Shown: positions 37,326 to 47,295 of the stretch, piece after piece
Position numbering within the stretch: position 1 is the stretch's first letter
Layout of the letters: each line of letters opens with the position of its first letter
Source: Myxococcota bacterium
GTDB lineage: Bacteria; Myxococcota_A; SURF-8
Direction: 5' to 3'
Length of the DNA: 64,000 bases
Assembly: GCA_963674735.2 (NCBI GenBank)
Contig: CAXXQS010000001.1
Span: 1,056,001 to 1,120,000 of the forward strand
Translations under genes and position numbers: made by a program
Notes under the pieces: model-generated
The model's database searches: none
What the model was told of the DNA's origin: nothing
Seen by the model: the letters and a program-made list of their open reading frames with translations, nothing else

Positions 37326-39143
37326 ATGCGAAATCCGTGGACGATTCTGTTTTCCTTGCTGTTTGTTGCCGTTTTAATCGCGGGAGGCTGTGGGTCCGAT
37401 GACGAGAAGGCCTCTACGGATGGAGATGAGGATTCGCGGGTCGATGGAGACAACCTAAATCCTCCGGATGGTGATCAAGATAATTCCGATGTGGATGGCG
37501 ACTCCGAATCGGATGGGGATTTTGAGGAACCTCCATTTGATCCGCCTGCTTGCGGAACCGCGCTTTATACCAACCATCACCTGATCCCCGGTCCGACGGA
37601 AGCCGGCTATAATGCAGAATTGGCTTTGAAAGCAACACGCTATGAACGGCAGTTCCATTTGTTCAACGCCTATCCCATGGCGACGGACGCCTCCGCCAGT
37701 GTCTCGATCGACAGTACCGACACCCGCGATTTGATCACGCGTTTTTTGCAGGAGGACGATTCCTGGGATTTCGAAGCCTACGCGGGCAAGAATCAGCTTG
37801 AGGTGATCGAGAGTTGGTCGAAAGTGGCCGGTCTTTATGGGGGAATGGGTATTGTGGCCGATGCGCTGCGCTATGGGACGCTCCGAGATCAAGGGGCGGC
37901 CTGCGAGGACGTCGATCGGGCTCGCGACTTTCTGCTCGCTTCGTTGGACGCCTTGCATATGGCTCATACGATCGGAGGCGTTCCGGGTGTCGTGGTTCGT
38001 GGGTTCATCCGAAAAGACCTTCCCGGCGAAGGCCAGTCCACCGTTCAATCCGTGGTTCCGCTTTTCGACGATCAGGGTAACCCGTTGCCCGAGGTCAAGA
38101 ACAATGGCACTTGGCGTGAAGACAATTCGGGGCTCTATCCTGATTATCTGTTCGAAGATTCCTGCAGTCGCGACATGATGCTCGGCTGGGCGGCGGCTTC
38201 GGCGGTCTGTATGGAAGTCATTCGCCGCGATCCGACTTTCTCGGAAGATCTGAAGACTCGCCTCAAAGAGGATGCTCGAATTGTGGGAGAATCACTGCGT
38301 ACGGTTCGCGAATCCGACCACGATCTGGAACTGCCCGATGCCGATGGGCGCATCACGTATCACGGGTATTTAAATGAAGAATGTGTCGAGCGAGAATTGT
38401 ACCTCGATGGTTTCAAAAACGGCTTTTATTCGCTGATGGCGTTGGGGATCGTTTCCGCTTACGCCTATGCTTCCGATGATCCGGGGGCGTGGCAATACCT
38501 GAACGATGAGCTGATCGACGCGCGCAGTCTGCCGGACATCGCCAAAGACAACATGATTTATATCAACATGGGGTTGGAATCGAACTGGTCGAATTACAAT
38601 ATGGCTTTTATTTCCGGTTGGTTGGCGATGCGTTACGTTCGCCATGCCGAAGCGCGCGATAAAATTCGCGAGGCGATCGATGTGCAACTCTACGACACTC
38701 CCGACGCGGTCCAACAACCGGTGGGTGCGAAGATGAGTTTGTTCGATTTTATCTTTGCGGCGGCTAAAATGGACGAGTCGAGCTATTGGAGCCCCAGCGT
38801 TCAACCGGATGCGCAAGCGGTTGCGGATGGTATCGAAACCTTGAAGGAATTCGATACACCCCCCTATTGGGATTACGAAGTGATCCAGTGCGATGAAGCG
38901 GAACTGGAAAGCGGGCAGTGCGAATTGGAAGACGGCACCGAGGTGACGGTGTACGATGAGGGCGGGCGAAAGGGAAGCACGGTCTGTGACCAGCCGATCC
39001 CAAAGCGTATGCGCCGACCGAGCAACTTCGAATGGCGCAGCAACCCCTACAACCCGAATGGCGGCGGAAACGGCTCGAATCTGCTATCGGGGGTGGATTT
39101 CCGTTGCGCTTATTGGATCGGTCGCTGGACGCAAATTCCTTAG
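37326..39143 (+). CDS. Hypothetical lipoprotein with an acidic DGD linker and a helical, possibly (alpha/alpha)-barrel, domain
   Basis: GGAGG RBS; lipobox AGG-C; five DGD motifs; about 530-aa globular region of no recognised family. Confidence 0.8.
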   Translation: MRNPWTILFSLLFVAVLIAGGCGSDDEKASTDGDEDSRVDGDNLNPPDGDQDNSDVDGDSESDGDFEEPPFDPPACGTALYTNHHLIPGPTEAGYNAELALKATRYERQFHLFNAYPMATDASASVSIDSTDTRDLITRFLQEDDSWDFEAYAGKNQLEVIESWSKVAGLYGGMGIVADALRYGTLRDQGAACEDVDRARDFLLASLDALHMAHTIGGVPGVVVRGFIRKDLPGEGQSTVQSVVPLFDDQGNPLPEVKNNGTWREDNSGLYPDYLFEDSCSRDMMLGWAAASAVCMEVIRRDPTFSEDLKTRLKEDARIVGESLRTVRESDHDLELPDADGRITYHGYLNEECVERELYLDGFKNGFYSLMALGIVSAYAYASDDPGAWQYLNDELIDARSLPDIAKDNMIYINMGLESNWSNYNMAFISGWLAMRYVRHAEARDKIREAIDVQLYDTPDAVQQPVGAKMSLFDFIFAAAKMDESSYWSPSVQPDAQAVADGIETLKEFDTPPYWDYEVIQCDEAELESGQCELEDGTEVTVYDEGGRKGSTVCDQPIPKRMRRPSNFEWRSNPYNPNGGGNGSNLLSGVDFRCAYWIGRWTQIP

Positions 39144-40423
39144 CGGACTTTGTGCAGAACCGCGATTGATTCCAGATGGTAAGTTTGCGGGAAGAAATCG
39201 AAAAATGCGACGCTTTTAAGCGTGTAACCTGCGGCCGCTAAGGGCTGCAGGTCACGGGCCAGCGTGGCCGGGTTGCACGACTGGTACAGCACGAGTTGGG
39301 CGTCCAAGCGCGGCAACAACTCCGCTCCGTCCTTGAAACCGGCGCGCGGCGGGTCCAGCAGTACGATATCCGTTTTATGCTCGGCTTCCGTCAAGTCACG
39401 GATGGCTTGTTGCGCCGTTTCGGTGCGAAAATCGATGACGTCTTTCTTTCGATCCAGATTCCGGCGGGCCTCACGCTGGGCTACCGGGTCGGATTCGATC
39501 AGAACGAGTTCATTTGCGTGGTCGGACAGGATCGCCGATAAGTTCCCTGAACCGGAAAAGAATTCCACGGCTTTCTTCAACGAAAGGCCTTCCTTCGCGG
39601 CCGCTTGCAATTGGTCGGACAAGTAGGTTTGGGCGGTTACGTTCAGGTTGGAATGGGCTTGCCAGAAGCTGCGGATGTCGTGGCTCAGTCCGTCCGGGCG
39701 GTTGTAGGCGGGCAGAGGAAGCGCGCTTTTCCCGGCACGGACGGGTTTTCCGGCACCGGTGGCGATGATGCCCGCCAGTTCGGGGATCTTCTGCATGATC
39801 TTCTCAAGGCGCTCCCGGCGCACCGCTCTACGTACCATGAGATGCAGCGCACCCTGGTTGGAAAGCGATGACCAACCGGCCTCCAGTTCGTTCAGTGGGA
39901 GCCGTTCGGAGGCAAGAACTGCCTTTATCGCGCTCAACAGGAAGTTGAGATCGGGATGCAGGGTCATGCAGAGGTCGAAGGGAACGACGCGGTGGCTCAG
40001 TGGCGAGAAGAACCCCAGGCGGCCATCGGGTGTGGCATGTAAACGAGCCCGGATCCGTGTGCTGAACGGTTGCGGTGACGCAAAGTGCTCGACCTGCTCA
40101 GGCTCCAGTCCGCCGATGCGGCGCAAGGTTTCGAGCGCGAGTAACGTTTTCTCCTCGAACTGGCGCTTATCCAGTACATGCTGCCACTGGCAACCGCCGC
40201 AACGGTCGAAAATGGGGCAGGGGGGGATCGCGCGATCGGGAGAGGCTTCCAGGATCTTTACGATTCTGGCTTTATCGAAGCGTTCAGTGGATTTGTAGAT
40301 CTCGACCTGCAAGCGGTCGCCCGGGCAAGCGCCGTCGATAAACATCACTTTGCCATCGTGGCGCGCGACTCCGGCTCCGCCGCTGGCTAGAGCATCAACT
40401 GAAACTTCAACTGGGTTTGTCAT
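39140..40423 (-). CDS. rlmD: 23S rRNA (uracil-C5)-methyltransferase, RlmD/TrmA family
   Basis: TRAM domain, [4Fe-4S] motif CPIFDRCGGC, DPPRAG, SCNPATLARD and FPQTYHLE. Confidence 0.88.
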   Translation of the reverse strand: MTNPVEVSVDALASGGAGVARHDGKVMFIDGACPGDRLQVEIYKSTERFDKARIVKILEASPDRAIPPCPIFDRCGGCQWQHVLDKRQFEEKTLLALETLRRIGGLEPEQVEHFASPQPFSTRIRARLHATPDGRLGFFSPLSHRVVPFDLCMTLHPDLNFLLSAIKAVLASERLPLNELEAGWSSLSNQGALHLMVRRAVRRERLEKIMQKIPELAGIIATGAGKPVRAGKSALPLPAYNRPDGLSHDIRSFWQAHSNLNVTAQTYLSDQLQAAAKEGLSLKKAVEFFSGSGNLSAILSDHANELVLIESDPVAQREARRNLDRKKDVIDFRTETAQQAIRDLTEAEHKTDIVLLDPPRAGFKDGAELLPRLDAQLVLYQSCNPATLARDLQPLAAAGYTLKSVAFFDFFPQTYHLESIAVLHKVR

Positions 40424-42915
40424 CGCTGCGCCACCGTCAAGACATCGATAAGGCCGACATCATACCAGGGAAGCGGCATGACCTCCAAGTTTCCATCGTA
40501 TTTAAGATGTGCGGCTCCATGGCGGTCGGTTCGATGAAGCTTGGGAAAGCGTGAACGCATGTGTTCCCAGGTGTCGGCGGATAGGTAGCGCTGCAGCGAG
40601 CGATTGATGAGCAGAACCACATGAGTGGGTGAAAAGGCGTCCAACAGGCTGTCGAAACCTGTTGGGCTGCCGGGTCCGATGAACACGACTGCGTGAATCG
40701 ATTCGGTATCCGTATCGGCCAGATAATGCCAAATCGATGGATGGATACGATGGGGAGAAGATACGATCAAGACTCGTCCGGCGGGAGTCGAAAGCTCGAC
40801 AAGCGGGACCGGTTTGCCTGTTAGAACCGGGGCACGCCAGATGTGCATGCCGGGAGTGGAGGTCGGGGATTTGCAAAGGCGTGGAACGTCCCGGACAAAC
40901 GGGCAGGTTTGCCGGTAGAGATATTGGGGAGTGGGAAAAGAGAAACGTTGCGCTAAAAACGTGTTGGATGCCTGACGACCCGCCGACGGGAAGGGTTGCC
41001 AGACTTCGTCGAGGCTATCGGCCCCAAGTGCCCATAAAAGCGGGGCCAGACGTCGATCCAAGTCGCCGAGATCGGAAACGGGACGGGTGGCCAGGTCGAA
41101 AAACGCCACCGACTCATCGGGTTGGGCGACGATGATTGCAGCAGCTTCCCGTGTATGCGGCACCCATATTCCGGTGTTGGGAAAGGGGAAAAGCTGCGGG
41201 ACTAGCCAGACGAGCGAGCCGATGGCGGCCAGTAGGCAAGATGCGAAAAGGTAGCTGATTTTCATGCGCTTCCGCTCGTGTCGATTGGGCAACGTGAGGC
41301 GACCTTTCGGGAGGCTGGCCGAAGGTGTCAGGCCGATGAACAGGCACAAAGTGGCTGCGAAAAGCCACCAGAAAGCGGGTTGCGGAGTCGCGGCGTAAAC
41401 GACTCCGCCGAATGTGTCGGTCAGTGACTGTTGCACGGTGATGCTGGCGTCAATCAAAAAATCACCGACTTGCAAAAACAAATCCGTCCCGGGCAGCCCG
41501 ACCAGCCAAGCAAGCGTGGTCAATCCCAAAAGCGGAATGATAATCGTTGTGTAGAGTGGAACCACGATGAGGTTGGCGAGGGGGCCCAGCCAACTGACCA
41601 TATGGAAATGGGTGGCGAGGATGGGGGCGCTGACTACGGTACAGACCAAGCTGACCGCCAGCCAGAATACCCAGGCCCGACAGATGGCATTGAGCCGGTT
41701 TTTTCTCCAAAGCCAAGCGCGTGTTTTCTCGGGAATGAGTCGCTCCAGGCGCGGAACTCCGATTATGATCGCGGCCACAGAGGCGAAGCTGAGTTGAAAG
41801 CCGACCTCGAACAGCGAATACGGCATGCCGATCAAGATAATGATCCCGGCCAGCGCGAGGCTGTTGATTCCGTTGGAGTGACGACGCAGCAATCCGCTGG
41901 ATAAAAACACCGTGACCATGATGGCGGCTCGCAACGTCGCGATGCGTAGCCCGGCCATGAGGGCGTATCCCCAAATCAAGGGCAAGCTGATCGCGGCTGC
42001 CGCCTGAAGGGGTGTTATGAAATGAAAAACGGCTGGCAGGCGTTTCCATGCAAACTGGACGGAGACGAAAAGCCACAGCGCCATGATGCCAAGATGCAGG
42101 CCGGAAATGGCCAGTAAATGGGCAGTCCCGGCGTATTGAAACACCTGCTTCAGATCTTCCGGAACGCCTTTGGGCATGCCGAGTGTCAGGGCTTTGAGGA
42201 TCTCGTTTTGTTGGTTGTCGCCCATCCCATCTATCCACTGGCTCATTCGAAAACGTGCTTTTTCAAAGATAAGCCGAAAACTTGATCGTGCGTCGGGCGA
42301 CAGGGTCTGAATCGCCTTGGTCGAGCGGATATAAGCCGTGGACCATACGCCATGATGGGCCAAATACGCGCCGAGATCGAATTCTCCGGGATTTTGAGGC
42401 CGTGGTAGTCGGCGCAGGCGCAACGTCGCCTGTACGCGGTCTCCGGGGCTCCAGATGGGACTGTCGATGGCGGCATAGACCAGGAGCAGACCTTGGCAAA
42501 GACGTTCCGGGGTTCCAGGCAACCGGCAACGTTCTGCCTCAATCAGAACTTGCCACGAACGCCGACCTTTTACGGGTGCTCGTGGAATGATGCCGGTTAC
42601 ATCGACGGATTGTCCATGTGCCAGATGGGCCAAGTGATTTTGCGCCGGAGGGATGGAGTGGTTATGACGGTAAGAGGCGAAACCGACACAATAGGCGGCT
42701 AGCATGAGGAAAAGAGTCAGAAACAGTGCGAAATGGTGGGTGATGAGCCCCCATAGCGCGATTGGAATCAGCAAAACGAGTGAAAGTGCGAGCAGGAATA
42801 GTTCGAATGCGGGACTATCGGCAGCTACGATACCCAAAGAAAGGGCCGGTACGACCAAAAGAAGGGGGCGCGCCAGCAAGCCACGCAGCCACTCGACTAA
42901 CGCCCAGCCGATCAT
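40420..42915 (-). CDS. comEC: ComEC/Rec2 DNA uptake channel
   Basis: DUF4131-like NPGEFD; GTAHLLAISGLH; GFQLSF; ANLI; degenerate C-terminal domain with RTDRHGA. Confidence 0.88.
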   Translation of the reverse strand: MIGWALVEWLRGLLARPLLLVVPALSLGIVAADSPAFELFLLALSLVLLIPIALWGLITHHFALFLTLFLMLAAYCVGFASYRHNHSIPPAQNHLAHLAHGQSVDVTGIIPRAPVKGRRSWQVLIEAERCRLPGTPERLCQGLLLVYAAIDSPIWSPGDRVQATLRLRRLPRPQNPGEFDLGAYLAHHGVWSTAYIRSTKAIQTLSPDARSSFRLIFEKARFRMSQWIDGMGDNQQNEILKALTLGMPKGVPEDLKQVFQYAGTAHLLAISGLHLGIMALWLFVSVQFAWKRLPAVFHFITPLQAAAAISLPLIWGYALMAGLRIATLRAAIMVTVFLSSGLLRRHSNGINSLALAGIIILIGMPYSLFEVGFQLSFASVAAIIIGVPRLERLIPEKTRAWLWRKNRLNAICRAWVFWLAVSLVCTVVSAPILATHFHMVSWLGPLANLIVVPLYTTIIIPLLGLTTLAWLVGLPGTDLFLQVGDFLIDASITVQQSLTDTFGGVVYAATPQPAFWWLFAATLCLFIGLTPSASLPKGRLTLPNRHERKRMKISYLFASCLLAAIGSLVWLVPQLFPFPNTGIWVPHTREAAAIIVAQPDESVAFFDLATRPVSDLGDLDRRLAPLLWALGADSLDEVWQPFPSAGRQASNTFLAQRFSFPTPQYLYRQTCPFVRDVPRLCKSPTSTPGMHIWRAPVLTGKPVPLVELSTPAGRVLIVSSPHRIHPSIWHYLADTDTESIHAVVFIGPGSPTGFDSLLDAFSPTHVVLLINRSLQRYLSADTWEHMRSRFPKLHRTDRHGAAHLKYDGNLEVMPLPWYDVGLIDVLTVAQR

Positions 42916-42975
42916 GGCGTTGCGCGATTCTGAATGGGGTGGGCTCGTTTTGCATATGAAAGCGATAACGGAGGC

Positions 42976-43902
42976 TTAGAGACTGCGATCCATTCGCTTG
43001 AGCATGGCGGACAAGGCTTTCCGGTCGGGCGAGGAGGTGGCACCGCCGGGCTGCTGAACTGCGAGACTACCGCAGGCACAGCCACGCGCCAGGCAATCGT
43101 CGAAGGGTTTTCCATCAACCAGACCCGAGAGGAAACCCGCGTTGAAATTGTCGCCTGCACCTGTTGTATCAACCGCTTTCACCTTCGGAGCCGTGATGCG
43201 CAACGTTTGTCCATCGTCATAGCCCAAAGCTCCCTTGGGACCGTCCTTGATTACCGCGGTGGTGTGTTTATTCAAGGACTTAAGGGCTTGACGGACGTTG
43301 TTGACCCCGGCCACTTGTCGGGCTTCCACCGCATTGGGCAGGATGATGTCCACGGATGACAGAATACGTCTCACCTTGGGAATGTCGAGTGATCCCCAGG
43401 GATTGTGCATATCCATGGCCACCGTGATTCCAGCCTGACGCGCGTTTTGGGCGAGCTTGATCGCGCTGGGGTGTTGAATCATGGAAGCCAGCAGCAGGAT
43501 CTTCGTTTTTTTGGGGTCGAGCAGGGACTCGGGAAAGTGGTGTAGGTCGTCCCGGTCGAGGTAAGAGACGAAAGCACGGTCTTCGGGGAAGGTCAGCGCA
43601 ACCGTCAGGGCGCGTGCCTGGCCTTTCACGCGGTTCAGGTGGGCCGTGTCGACTCCCGCCTCCTTGAGTTCATGCTCCAGGTAACGGGAGATCATGTCAT
43701 CCCCGATTTGGGCGACCAAGGCTACATTCAGCCCCAGGCAAGCCATCGCGGCGGCGCAATTGTAAGCGCCACCGGGGGCAATCGTGAGATTGCGGGCGAA
43801 TATTTCGTGGCCCAGTTTCGGCATCGAGGGGAGACCCTCGAAAATGAAGTCGAGGAAAACGGCGTTTGGTTCGAAAACGACGACGTCGTAGGGCGGTGTC
43901 AT
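42976..43902 (-). CDS. PfkB-family carbohydrate kinase
   Basis: PGGAYN, PNAVEA, KDGPKG and DTTGAGDNFNAG motifs. Confidence 0.92.
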   Translation of the reverse strand: MTPPYDVVVFEPNAVFLDFIFEGLPSMPKLGHEIFARNLTIAPGGAYNCAAAMACLGLNVALVAQIGDDMISRYLEHELKEAGVDTAHLNRVKGQARALTVALTFPEDRAFVSYLDRDDLHHFPESLLDPKKTKILLLASMIQHPSAIKLAQNARQAGITVAMDMHNPWGSLDIPKVRRILSSVDIILPNAVEARQVAGVNNVRQALKSLNKHTTAVIKDGPKGALGYDDGQTLRITAPKVKAVDTTGAGDNFNAGFLSGLVDGKPFDDCLARGCACGSLAVQQPGGATSSPDRKALSAMLKRMDRSL

Positions 43903-45242
43903 GTCCAGTCCTCGAAATAGTGCGGATTGGCGTTCATGAAGCCGTCCATCAAGCGGGACCCGGCAGAGGGATCGGCGACGAGTGGGTTAGCTACCAAAGC
44001 CGCTTCGGCCGCTTCGCGGGATCGGGCGGCAATCGCCTCGACGGCCAGATTTTCGTAGCGTTTCACGCTGCGAATGACGTCCAACGCACGGGGAGACAAA
44101 TCGGTGTTGGGTATGGGAGTGATTGTGTTGTTGCCGATATCACAGGTAATCTCGACGACGTCGTTGTCCGATAAAGCTGAAATGGCGCCTCGGTTCGGGA
44201 CGCAGAAGACGTGGCGGCGTGTCGAGCCGGATGCAATGGCTTCGAGGAAGTCGAGCGCGACTCCGGCATAGCCTTCCTCGTCGTCCGTGGGGAGGTAACG
44301 GACTTCTTCGCGGGCGTATTCCATGTAGCTTTCATTGCGCTTGCGCACGTAAGCCAGATAATCGTCGAGTGCGTCACCAACATGTTTTCGGGCGATGGCG
44401 GGTTCGATGTTCGAAAGCAGGCCCGCGTTCCATTCGGCGACCAGTTCACCCCGGCATTTCGGCTCGTCCTGCATGGCGGTCAACGCTTCATCGGGAAGGA
44501 AGTAGTAGTAGAGATATTCGTTCAGGTAGCAACCCAGTTCCGCCGGAAGTGCAGCCGGGAAGATCGGTTGAGCTTTATGGAGAAAGGCCGGATCTTTCAG
44601 CAAGTCGGGAAGAACGGCCTTGCCCTTATGGGTGATGGATGTGGTGAAGGAACAATGATTGAGTCCGGCGACACGGGTGTCGATTTCGGCTTTTGTAATC
44701 CCGAGATGATCGGCGGCATAATCGCGTCCGGTATCGGCGGAGTCGCAAATGCCGATAACGCGGTCGAACCCTGCGCGATTCAGCGCTTCGGTGGCCAGTC
44801 CGGCTGGATTGGTGAAGTTGAGCAGCCAGGCTTCGGGATTGAGATCGAAGGTCAGGCGGGCGTAGTCGATCAAAGCCGGAACGGATCGGCAGGCGAAAGC
44901 GAAACCCGCCGCACCGGTGGTTTCCTGTCCGATCGTTCCCGCATCGAGGCACATGCGTTCATCGCGCGCACGACCGATTTCAAAACCCTCGCGGATAGTG
45001 GTGATAACGGCCCCAGCCCCGCGTATGGCATCGGCGGGGTTGTCGTGGAGGGTCAACTTAAATGGAGAACCGGCTTTTTCAAGTAAATGACGCGCTAGAG
45101 GTAGGATCAGCTCCACCTTGCGGGGGTCGATGTCGTAAATGGCCAGTTCGTCGATATCGATTGCGCTTTGACGTTTCGCGATGCTGCCGACCAATAAAGG
45201 GGCGCGAACACCCGCACCACCGATTACCGTTATTTTCATCAA
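43899..45242 (-). CDS. Glycoside hydrolase family 4 (6-phospho-beta-glucosidase-like)
   Basis: IGGAGVR, GQETTGAAG, NFTNP, GICD, GLNH and NEYLYYY motifs. Confidence 0.9.
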   Translation of the reverse strand: MMKITVIGGAGVRAPLLVGSIAKRQSAIDIDELAIYDIDPRKVELILPLARHLLEKAGSPFKLTLHDNPADAIRGAGAVITTIREGFEIGRARDERMCLDAGTIGQETTGAAGFAFACRSVPALIDYARLTFDLNPEAWLLNFTNPAGLATEALNRAGFDRVIGICDSADTGRDYAADHLGITKAEIDTRVAGLNHCSFTTSITHKGKAVLPDLLKDPAFLHKAQPIFPAALPAELGCYLNEYLYYYFLPDEALTAMQDEPKCRGELVAEWNAGLLSNIEPAIARKHVGDALDDYLAYVRKRNESYMEYAREEVRYLPTDDEEGYAGVALDFLEAIASGSTRRHVFCVPNRGAISALSDNDVVEITCDIGNNTITPIPNTDLSPRALDVIRSVKRYENLAVEAIAARSREAAEAALVANPLVADPSAGSRLMDGFMNANPHYFEDWT

Positions 45243-45314
45243 TCCACCTCGTCGATTTTGCGGGAAAAAGGGTTCCGATTGCAGGTGATCGAGCTCAAAG
45301 TTTCCGGAACGAAT

Positions 45315-46529
45315 CTACTTTTCGTTCAGCTTGAACTGAATGATTTTCTCGACAACATCTTTGGAGATTGCACCCACTACCAAGTGCGAGCGGTCCACTA
45401 CCAACGCGGGAGTTCCGGGTATTTTCAGCCCCATGGCTTCCGTGATATCGGCGCGTAATTCCGTGCGCACATCGGGACCGGTCAGGCATGCGTCCATCTT
45501 CTGAGCGTCGAGCCGGAGGGCTTTGACGCTTTGCTGCAAGAATGTCGGGCTGATTTTCTTTTGATTTTGCAACAGATAGTGGTGATAGCTGGCAAACCGG
45601 TCCTGATGACCGGCACATTTTGCGTAAATAGAGGCCATGCAGGCGTAAGGATGGAAGGGACGATCGATCATTGGGTTGCATGCCTGATCAAGCGGCAGTT
45701 CCTTACGGATGATCTTGATTTGCGGGTATTTTTCCGTCAACTCTTCGAGAACCAGCTCCATCTGGCGGCAGAAGGGGCACTGGTAGTCGGAATAGAGGAT
45801 GAATTCAACTTCGCCTTCGGGATTGCCCAGCACGTTTCCTTTTCCGGACACCGGCCCTTTAACCGGCTCGAAGTCTTTCAGGATTTGAGCGAGCTTTTGT
45901 TCCAGGATTGATTGTTCGTGAAAATGCCCCCAACCGAAAAGGCCGATAACACCGGCTAAAACAACCAGCCCGGCCAGTATGCGGGTCCAACGGCCGAACA
46001 ACCAGCGGAAGTCGTCTGCAAAACGTTTGAAATGCCGTGAGATGGGGACATCGAGTCCGATCGTGGCAAAAATGAAAAACAACAGGTTGATCAGATAAAG
46101 CAGCATGCACATCAGGCACCAGGATCCGATTTCCGCGTAACAAATCCACGCGAGAAAGACGCTGTACCCGATAGAAAAGAGACTGATATAGAAGAGATAA
46201 AGCATCGCATTGGGGAGTTTTCGACGCCAGGAAGACAGCGCAACGGCTGACAAAACGAAGCAGAACAAGTAGGTAAGGGTTCCCAAAAGCGAGATTGGAA
46301 CCCCAAGCAACGTCGCCCAGGGACTGACACTGACGACATCGCAGTTGATTGTCTCATTGATATTGCAAAAACTGCGGTAATCGCTGCCGCCACTGGATAC
46401 TTTGAAATGGATGTAGGTCAGGTCAATCGCGGTTGCCACTCCACCCAGCAAGACCACAATCAGGACGATTAAGGCTATCGTCGTCCGCTTTTTCCGCTTC
46501 GCACTGCTTTCAACCGTCATCGTTTCCAT
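45315..46529 (-). CDS. VKOR-DsbA fusion protein for disulfide bond formation
   Basis: VKOR loop cysteines (CNINETINC) and CLMC; C-terminal thioredoxin fold with DYQCPFC and GTP. Confidence 0.9.
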   Translation of the reverse strand: METMTVESSAKRKKRTTIALIVLIVVLLGGVATAIDLTYIHFKVSSGGSDYRSFCNINETINCDVVSVSPWATLLGVPISLLGTLTYLFCFVLSAVALSSWRRKLPNAMLYLFYISLFSIGYSVFLAWICYAEIGSWCLMCMLLYLINLLFFIFATIGLDVPISRHFKRFADDFRWLFGRWTRILAGLVVLAGVIGLFGWGHFHEQSILEQKLAQILKDFEPVKGPVSGKGNVLGNPEGEVEFILYSDYQCPFCRQMELVLEELTEKYPQIKIIRKELPLDQACNPMIDRPFHPYACMASIYAKCAGHQDRFASYHHYLLQNQKKISPTFLQQSVKALRLDAQKMDACLTGPDVRTELRADITEAMGLKIPGTPALVVDRSHLVVGAISKDVVEKIIQFKLNEK

Positions 46530-46610
46530 TGTCCCGCGTGTTATCTGTAATCCACAATCGCTCGTAGACGTGCCGTCGGCCGTGCTGGTTGACTGAGTTG
46601 CTCGTAGTGC

Positions 46611-46639
46611 TTGCCAATACCGCCAGCTGGCCGTATAAT
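46611..46639 (+). promoter_or_regulatory. Sigma70-type promoter
   Basis: TTGCCA-N17-TATAAT upstream of the ORF at 46798. Confidence 0.65.
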
Positions 46640-46797
46640 ACCTTTTGCTAACCCGGTGTCAACCTGTTTCATTCCCGATTCCGCAACATTCGTAACCCTA
46701 TAGGAACGGGGAATAAAAAAAACACTTGCATTCCCCTAGTGTGTATGCTAAACGTCTTCGGCCTTAGAGGGAAAGATCGAATTGTGGAGTGATAGCG

Positions 46798-47199
46798 ATG
46801 ACAAAGAAAAAAACGAAGACAGTCGAAGCGACGAAAAAAAGCCCGCTCCAGATCGTGAAGGAGCGCTATGGTGAAAAGAAGAAGCTGATTTCCGAATTGG
46901 CTGGACGCATCGAGCGCCGTGATGGCGAATCGAAGGGAAACTTTGAGAAGCGACTGAGCAAAGTAAGCTGCGCCAAGCTGCTGAATTTGCTCGATCGGGC
47001 CGATGAAGTCGAGAAGGCTGGTGGCCGCGCGACTTTGATGGAGTTTATCCAGACAGATGCCGCTCGCCGTCAGGCCAAGAAATCCGATCCGAAGCTCGAT
47101 GAGAGCTACAAAGCGCATCTCGACAAGAAAACCACCGGAACTCTGCTGGATAGCTATCGTGTGGTTCAGAAACACAAGCGCGCTCAAAAACAAGCCTAG
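46798..47199 (+). CDS. Small basic helical hypothetical protein
   Basis: GGAG RBS; K/R-rich; KSPLQIVKERYG motif; has its own promoter and terminator. Confidence 0.75.
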   Translation: MTKKKTKTVEATKKSPLQIVKERYGEKKKLISELAGRIERRDGESKGNFEKRLSKVSCAKLLNLLDRADEVEKAGGRATLMEFIQTDAARRQAKKSDPKLDESYKAHLDKKTTGTLLDSYRVVQKHKRAQKQA

Positions 47200-47219
47200 T
47201 ATCTTCCCTCGTTTGGATT

Positions 47220-47250
47220 CAAAGCCGGAGCGGTGTCGTTCCGGCTTTTT
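47220..47250. terminator. Intrinsic terminator
   Basis: AAAGCCGGAGCG-GTGT-CGTTCCGGCTTTTT between convergent genes. Confidence 0.8.
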
Positions 47251-47295
47251 CAATTTGTCCCCTTCCCAATCTGGGTCGGTACTTCGACGAACGGC

